Assembly (NCBI GenBank): GCA_963722395.1
Contig: CAVRLS010000013.1
Location: 129,896-193,895, forward strand
Length of the DNA: 64,000 nucleotides
Reading direction: 5' to 3'
From: an uncultured Acidobacteriota bacterium
GTDB taxonomy: Bacteria; Acidobacteriota; Vicinamibacteria; Vicinamibacterales; CAVVIG01
Made by a program: the position numbers and the translations under genes. The notes beneath the pieces are model-generated. The model searched no databases. It saw only the letters and a program-made list of their open reading frames with translations, and was not told the DNA's origin. Shown piece by piece: positions 58,134 through 64,000 of this stretch (positions are counted from its first letter, which is position 1; every line of letters begins with the position of its first letter).

Positions 58134-59662
58134 CGGCGCTGTTCTCGTTCTGGGCGGGTCACGCCGGGGAACTGGCGCTGCTCACACGCCAGCATCTGGT
58201 GCTGGTGCTGGTCTCCACGCTGGCGGCGGTGATCGTCGGCGTGCCGGCCGGAATCCTCGCCGCGCGTCGCCCCGGTGTCGGGCGCGCAGTCCTCCTTGCC
58301 GCCAACGCACTGCAGACGGTGCCCAGCCTGGCGCTGCTCGGCTTCCTGCTGCCGCTGCCGGTGATCGGCGGGCTCGGCCCGCGCACCGCATTGGTCACGC
58401 TGTCGATCTACGCCCTGCTGCCCGTCATCCGCATGACGGTCACCGGCATCCGCTCGGTCGACCCCGCGGTCGTCGATGCCGGCGTCGCGATGGGCATGAC
58501 CGACGGCCAGTTGCTCCGGCTGGTGCAACTGCCGCTGGCCCTGCCGTCCATCGTTTCGGGCATCCGCGTGGCGACGGTCATTGGTGTGGGCACCACCACG
58601 ATTGCGGCGGCCGTGGGCGCCGGCGGCCTTGGCGAGTACATCTTCCGCGGCCTGTCGATGGTGGACACCACCACGATCCTGGCTGGCGCCGTGCCCGCTG
58701 CGGGGCTGGCGCTGGTGGCCGACGGCCTGCTGGCCCTGCTCGAGCAGCGCCTGCGCCTGGCGCCAATCACGTCGCGTGCCGCGAGGCGACTGGCCGTCGC
58801 CGTCGTGGCCGTGCTCGCTGTGGTTGCGGCGGTGACGCTGCTCGCCCGGCCGGCCGGCGACGTCGTGGTGGTCGGCTCGAAGAACTTCACCGAGCAGATC
58901 ATCCTCGGCGAACTCGTCGCGCAGGCGATCGAAGCTGAAGGCGGCGTGAGGGTGGAGCGGAAGCTGAATCTCGGTGGCACCTTCGTCGCCGATCGCGGAC
59001 TGCGCACCGGTGAACTCGATGTGTATGTCGAGTACACCGGCACGGCCGTCACCGCCGTCTTCCACGAAGACGTGCCGCACGATCCGGCACAGGCGTTCGA
59101 ACGGGCGCGGTTGCGCTACGCCGAACACGGTCTGACAGTGCGACCGTCGCTCGGCTTCAACAACACCTTCGCCATTCTTGTCCGGTCGGACGATGCGCAG
59201 GCACTCGGCCTTGAGTCGGTGGACGACCTTCGGCGCGTGTCCGATCGGTTCACCCCGGGGTTCGGCTACGAGTTCCTGCAGCGCGACGATGGGTATGCGG
59301 GGCTGACGCAGGCCTACGGCCTCAGCTTCGCCCGTCCGCCGCGCGGCATGGACCTCTCGCTCATCTACCAGGCGCTGGCCGAGCGGCAGGTGGACGTGAT
59401 TGCCGGCGATGCGACGAGCGCACTGATCGACGCGTTCCACCTGACGGCGCTCGACGATACGCGCCAGTACTTTCCGCCCTACGACGCTGTGCCGGTCGCA
59501 CGAGCCGCCACGCTGCTGCGTCATCCGGCTGTCGGACGCGCGCTCGACCGGCTGGCCGGCCGCATCTCCGACGCGCAGATGCGCGGGTTGAACGCTGCGG
59601 TTGATGTGCGTCACGAGGATGTGTCGACGGTGGTGCGGACCTTCCTGTCGACCCTGCCGTGA
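58130..59662 (+). CDS. fused ABC permease + substrate-binding domain (osmoprotectant type)
   Basis: Intact 510 aa with a GTGA overlap. N-terminal BPD-type permease (LQTVPSLALLGFLLPL..., AAAVGAGGLGEYIFRG), an extra TM, then an OpuBC/OsmF-like SBP (VVVGSKNFTEQIILGELVAQ...GFNNTFAILV...FPPYDAVPV). Confidence 0.8.
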
Positions 59663-59683
59663 CGGTGCGCAACCGCGAACGCA

Positions 59684-59910
59684 CCAGCCGTGCAGGCTCT
59701 TGTAAACCTCGACCTGGGCCGGCCGGCCTGCCTTCGTGAACGCCGCCTTCAAGGTGTCCGTCGCAGCGGGCTGCCGCTGGTCGTCGTTCGAGGCCACGGC
59801 AACGTAGAGGCGGGCGCGGATCTTCGGGATGAGCAGATGCGGGCTGTTCGGCGTCTCGGTCACCAGACCACCGCCGTGAAACGAGCCGACCGCGCCACGC
59901 GGCTCGGCAC
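59684..59910 (-). pseudogene. relic fragment of a dienelactone-hydrolase paralogue
   Basis: Minus-strand reading ..PRGAVGSFHGGGLVTETPNSPHLLIPKIRARLYVAVASNDDQRQPAATDTLKAAFTKAGRPAQVEVYKSLHGW aligns with residues ..DRVGAVASFHGGGLVTQNPDSPHTQAAKTKAQFLVAIASNDDQRSPNDKNVLRETFAAANVPAEIEVYQNAAHGW of 62060..62923. Truncated at both ends. Confidence 0.75.
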
Positions 59911-59922
59911 GCCGCCGCGGTG

Positions 59923-61889
59923 CTACTGCGGGCGCACCGCGTAGGCCACCAGTTCGGTCGTCACCCCGCTTCCCACGGCAGTGACGATGAACTGGCGTCC
60001 ACCAGCGAGGTAGGTCATCGGTGCAGCGGCGGGGCCCAGCGGCAGCGTCTTCTCCCAGACCAGTTCGCCGCTTCGTTTGTCGAAGGCCCGGATCATCTGT
60101 GGTTCCGGTGCGAGGTTGGTGAGCGGTCTGCCACCAATCGGAAGTGCGTTGCCTCGCCCGAGGTTGCCGAGGAACTGGGTCACGAACAGCAGCGACGGTG
60201 TGGCCAGCAGGCTGCTGCGGCGGCCGTTGCCAAGGGGACCGAGCCCCAGTCCAGCCAACAGCGGGTGGTGACGCGGACCATCGCCAATCGGCACCTGCCA
60301 CACGATGCGCCCCTCGTTCAGGTCGTAGGCGGTGAGACGGCTGTAGGGCGGCTTGTAGAGCGGGATGCCATCGAGTGAGGGCAGTGCGCCAGCGGCACTG
60401 CGCCGGTAACGCATGTTGCCGCCGTTGGTGTCGCCCTTGTCCAGGCCGACGATAGCCGGCGAGGTGAGCGATGGCACGTACAGAAAGCCGGCGGCCGGAT
60501 CGACGGCCGCACCGCCCCAGTCCGCACCCCCGACATCGCCAGGCATCTGGATGTTGCCGCGTTCGGTGGGCGGCGTGAACAGCGGACCGCGGTCCCACTG
60601 CTTCAACGTGTCGAGGGCGAGCGTCCGCAACTCCGGCGTGAATGCCACGATGTCGTCATCCGAGAACCCCTGTCTGTCGAATGGCGGTGGTTGCGTCGGG
60701 AACGGCTGTGTCCGCGACGTCTTCTCGCCGGGCACGGTTGACTGCGGCACGGGCCTTTCCTCGATCGGCCACAGCGGCTCGCCGGTCGTCCGATCGAACA
60801 CGTAGACGAAGCCCTGCTTGCTGACCTGTGCGACCGCCTTGATGCGTCGGCCGTTGCGCACGACCTCGACGAGGTTGGGCGCAGCGGGGAGGTCGTAGTC
60901 CCACAGCCCGTGGTGCACGGCCTGGAAGTGCCAGACGCGCTTGCCCGTCGTGGCGTCGAGGCAGACGAGGCTCTCGGCGAACAGGTTGTTGCCAGGGCGA
61001 TGGCCGCCGTAGAAGTCGTTGGTCGGCGTGCCGAACGGCAGGTAGACGTAGCCAGTCTCCTCGTCCACCGTCATCATCGACCACACGTTCGTGTTGCCGG
61101 TGTACTCGGCGGAGCCGTCCTCCCACGTGTCGTAGCCGAACTCGCCCTCTGCGGGAATCGAGTGGAATGTCCACAGCTTCTCGCCCTGTTCGGGCGTCGA
61201 AACCGATGATGTCGCCGCGCGGCTGTTCCTTCAGCAGCGGCCGATCGACGATGTTCGCGCCGGAGATGATGACGTTGCTCACCACGACCGGCGCGGAGTT
61301 CATCGCGTAGTTCTCGAGCGGCTTCACGAAGGCGAGTCCGTCGGCGACGCGCACGCGGCCGCCGTCGCCGAAGTCGGGATCGGGCTTGCCGGTCTCGGCA
61401 TCGAGCGACACCAGCTGCGCGTCGTGCGTGCCGGTGATGATGCGCTTGCGGTTACCGTCGGTCCAGTAGGCGGACCCACGATGGGTGAAGCCGAGATTTG
61501 TCGGCCGGCCGAGCTTCCACGTCTCCGGGATCGCAGGTCCAGATTGTGCGGCCGGCGATCGGGTCGAGGGCGGCGACGATGCCGAGCGACGTCGTGGTGT
61601 AGAGCACGCCGTTCACCAGCAGCGGCGTGTCCTGGTAACCGTATGGACGTGCCGGGTTGGTCTTGACGATCTCGTTGTCGGGCGTACTCCAGCGCCACGC
61701 CACCTCGAGCCGGCTGACGTTCGCCCGCGTGATCTGGTTCGCCGACGAGTACTTCGAACTCGCTGCGTCGCTCGCGTAGTGGCGCCACTCGGTGGCGGCG
61801 ACCTCGGACGGCTGGGGGCGCTGCGTGAGGGCGACGACAGCCGCGGTTGCCGTCAGCAGGGCGGCAAGCGTGAGAGGGGCACGTTGCAT
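59923..61889 (-). pseudogene. PQQ-dependent dehydrogenase (8-bladed quinoprotein, glucose/alcohol dehydrogenase family), a few frame breaks as assembled
   Basis: MQRAPLTLAALLTATAAVVALT signal, EWRHYASDAASSKYSSANQITRANVSRLEVAWRW, DTPLLVNGVLYTTT (ORF 61452..62108). THDAQLVSLDAETGKPDPDFGDGG (ORF 60656..61411). Intact 387-aa C-terminal part in ORF 59923..61086 (NVWSMMTVDEETGYVYLPFGTPTNDFYGGHRPGNNLF..., GGADWGG). Breaks near 61090-61210 and 61500-61560. Confidence 0.8.
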
Positions 61890-62059
61890 CAGTACAAAAC
61901 CTCTGGATGCCTGGGGTGCGCGGTGGCGCCCCAGCAGTTCGAGGATTCTGCCATAGCAGGCCGGGCCGGCTGAAGACAGATCCGGGGGCCGCGTAGTGGG
62001 TATAGTGTTCGCTCGTTCCCAATTGCGGCGACGACCCATCTCAGGACACAGGAGCATCC

Positions 62060-62923
62060 ATGTGCGATCAGGACCACTACGACGACGACCTTCGCGACTT
62101 CGAGGCACGCGGCATGGTGACGCGACGCCAGTTCGGCATCCTGCTCGGCGCGGGCATGCTCATGGCTCTGCCGCGTGTGGCCGGGGCGGTCGCCGTGACT
62201 GAATCGGACGTGACCATCACCACGCCAGACGGAACGGCGGACGGCTACTTCGTGCATCCGGCGAGCGGTACCGCGCCGGCCGTGCTGGTGTGGCCCGACA
62301 TCTTCGGGATGCGACCGGCATTCAGGCAGATGGGCACGCGGCTGGCGGAGTCGGGCTATGCGGTGCTGGTCGTGAATCCGTTCTACCGGACGAAGAAGGC
62401 GCCAACCGCCGAGAGCGGCGCAGCCACACCGATCCCGTCCCTGATGCCGCTGGCGCAGACGCTGAATGCCGCGACGCACACGACCGATGCCAGGGCGTTC
62501 ATCGCGTGGCTCGATCGACAGCCGTCTGTGGCGAAGAACCGCAAGATCGGCACGCAGGGATACTGCATGGGCGGACCGATCGCGTTCCGCACCTCAGCGG
62601 CCGTCCCTGACCGAGTCGGGGCCGTCGCCTCCTTTCATGGCGGCGGACTCGTGACGCAGAACCCCGACAGCCCGCATACGCAGGCGGCGAAGACGAAGGC
62701 GCAGTTCCTCGTCGCGATCGCCTCCAACGACGACCAGCGGTCACCCAACGACAAGAACGTGCTGAGGGAGACCTTCGCCGCCGCCAATGTGCCGGCTGAG
62801 ATCGAGGTGTACCAAAACGCGGCGCATGGATGGTGTCCGCCGGACTCCGGCGTGTACAACGAACCGCAGGCTGAGAAGGCGTGGAGCCGGCTGCTGGCGC
62901 TCTACGCTAAGGCGCTCGCCTGA
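62060..62923 (+). CDS. dienelactone hydrolase family protein with Tat-type signal
   Basis: Intact 287 aa. TRRQFGILLGAGMLMALP (twin-arginine-like), PAVLVWPDIFG, nucleophile GTQGYCMGG, FHGGG, AAHGW. Confidence 0.8.
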   Translation: MCDQDHYDDDLRDFEARGMVTRRQFGILLGAGMLMALPRVAGAVAVTESDVTITTPDGTADGYFVHPASGTAPAVLVWPDIFGMRPAFRQMGTRLAESGYAVLVVNPFYRTKKAPTAESGAATPIPSLMPLAQTLNAATHTTDARAFIAWLDRQPSVAKNRKIGTQGYCMGGPIAFRTSAAVPDRVGAVASFHGGGLVTQNPDSPHTQAAKTKAQFLVAIASNDDQRSPNDKNVLRETFAAANVPAEIEVYQNAAHGWCPPDSGVYNEPQAEKAWSRLLALYAKALA

Positions 62924-62952
62924 CACACGGCGGGGGCGTCACCAGGAGCGAT

Positions 62953-62986
62953 GAGGGTCGGTGCCGGCGAACCGGCGCCGACCCTC
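62953..62986. terminator. GC-rich hairpin between convergent genes
   Basis: gagggtcggtgccgg-cgaa-ccggcgccgaccctc (15-bp stem, one G-U). No clear U-tract. Confidence 0.4.
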
Positions 62987-63016
62987 GTGTTGAGGGGTGG
63001 GGCTGCCTGTGCGAGT

Positions 63017-63592
63017 CTACTGCGCCGGCTTCGCGCGACCGACGAACGCGCCGCGCGCGACGATCTTGCCGTCCATTGCCTTCTCGATGTCGGCGCGCGT
63101 GGCCCCTGCCTGCAGTGCAAGCGGGGCATTCAGCGCGTACACCTGGAAGACGTAGTGGTGGAACGGGTGGCCGGCTGGCGGCGCCGGACCCATATACTGC
63201 GGTCCGCGCATGCTGATCTGAGCTGCGCCAGACGGAATCGGGCCACCTTCCGGAATCGACGTCGTGGCTGCCGGAATGTTGTAGACCACCCAGTGCGTGA
63301 TGTCGCCGGCCAGGTTGCCCGCTGGTATGGCCACGTCGACGTCGTGCATGATGAGCACGTACGCGGCAGTCCCCTCGGGAGCGCCGCTCCAGCTCAACTG
63401 CGGCGAGATGCCCTGCCCGCCGGCGTACTTCGCCGGAATCTCACCTCCATCCGCAAACGACGTCGAAGTGACGGTCAACATCGACAAGCTGGGACGACGG
63501 GCCTGCGCCGGCGCCTGGGCCGACGCGACGGTCACGGTAAGGCCGATCAGTGCAACAGCACCCAACAGGTGCCCTGTCAAACGTGTACGCAT
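63017..63592 (-). CDS. YbhB/YbcL-family PEBP (Raf-kinase-inhibitor-like) periplasmic protein
   Basis: RBS aggagg. MRTRLTGHLLGAVALIGLTVTVASAQAP signal. SPQLSWSGAPEGTAAYVLIMHDVD, THWVVYNIP, GPAPPAGHPFHHYVFQVYAL. Confidence 0.8.
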   Translation of the reverse strand: MRTRLTGHLLGAVALIGLTVTVASAQAPAQARRPSLSMLTVTSTSFADGGEIPAKYAGGQGISPQLSWSGAPEGTAAYVLIMHDVDVAIPAGNLAGDITHWVVYNIPAATTSIPEGGPIPSGAAQISMRGPQYMGPAPPAGHPFHHYVFQVYALNAPLALQAGATRADIEKAMDGKIVARGAFVGRAKPAQ

Positions 63593-63662
63593 GTGTCTTC
63601 TCTCCTCCTGAGGCCTGTACCTGTAGATCAGCGGCCGACGGTGTATAAACGTGCAGTCTCGA

Positions 63663-64000
63663 ATGGCCGAGGAGGAACGCGTGCGGAATGCCCACGGATT
63701 GACCCTTGCCGCGGTGATCATGGCTTTGCTGATCGGTGGATGGAATGTCTCGCCCGAGGCTGGGCAGGCGCCGCGACCAGCCGCGCCAGCCAGTCCGCCC
63801 TGTGGCCCCGGACAGCCGGCCTCGAGCAAGAGTGTGGACAAGGCGTCGCGCTGTTTCGAGATGCGCACCTATACCGTGCAGGAGGGGAGCTCCATCGAAC
63901 TGCTGCACAACCGTTTCCGCACCGCCACGTCACGGCTGTTCCTGAAGCACGGCATGCAGATCATCGGCTTCTGGCAGCCCGTGGCGACGCCGACCGCGCT
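63663..64000 (+). CDS. NIPSNAP-family protein, N-terminal part (3' end outside window)
   Basis: Own translation: MAEEERVRNAHGLTLAAVIMALLIGGW...CFEMRTYTVQEGSSIELLHNRFRTATSRLFLKHGMQIIGFWQP, running off the window. The F-E-x-R-x-Y start is typical of NIPSNAP domains. Confidence 0.55.
   Translation, partial: MAEEERVRNAHGLTLAAVIMALLIGGWNVSPEAGQAPRPAAPASPPCGPGQPASSKSVDKASRCFEMRTYTVQEGSSIELLHNRFRTATSRLFLKHGMQIIGFWQPVATPTA

Overview
High-GC bacterial chromosomal segment. No rRNA, tRNA, CRISPR array, transposase or integrase was recognised. Gene content (CarboxypepD_reg-type TonB receptor, PEGA, DUF4159, NHL and BNR propellers, PilZ coiled-coil) suggests a soil Acidobacteriota/Gemmatimonadota-like organism; this is inference only. 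About 50 genes can be supported.

Main blocks, in order:
- an att-like ABC system with an AttH/CrtC-like protein (685-4827)
- housekeeping genes: rluD-like, an RNB ribonuclease, qor
- a quinohemoprotein amine dehydrogenase (qhp) cluster, qhpA-D-C-B-F-E, with an upstream halogenase-fold flavoprotein and a TonB-dependent receptor (12760-25176)
- a haem-c/PHM-like copper monooxygenase with a secreted partner
- sucAB
- a PAL-like NHL propeller
- orphan pilT
- a translationally coupled BNR-propeller / MoaD-ThiS (C-terminal GG) pair
- a 676-aa coiled-coil PilZ protein divergent from a PEGA protein
- an ExeM/NucH nuclease
- two ABC exporter half-transporters
- serB
- an opp/dpp-type peptide ABC operon with a fused double ATPase
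- an osmoprotectant ABC system
- a PQQ dehydrogenase flanked by an intact and a relic dienelactone hydrolase

Two caveats and themes run through the window:
1. Reading-frame breaks are extremely clustered. There are dozens in 15.3-24.1 kb, 49.4-50.6 kb, 52.6-56.0 kb and 1.1-3.0 kb, and none in 24.4-48.9 kb. The out-of-frame pieces still read as well-conserved protein, so consensus indel error is more likely than true pseudogenisation. This must be checked against reads.
2. Two families of small repeats sit mostly at convergent gene ends: GGACCTGAAGGTCC-type double-hairpin REP-like elements, and heptanucleotide (CGACCAA-type) tandem arrays. One heptamer array lies in frame inside an ABC ATPase.
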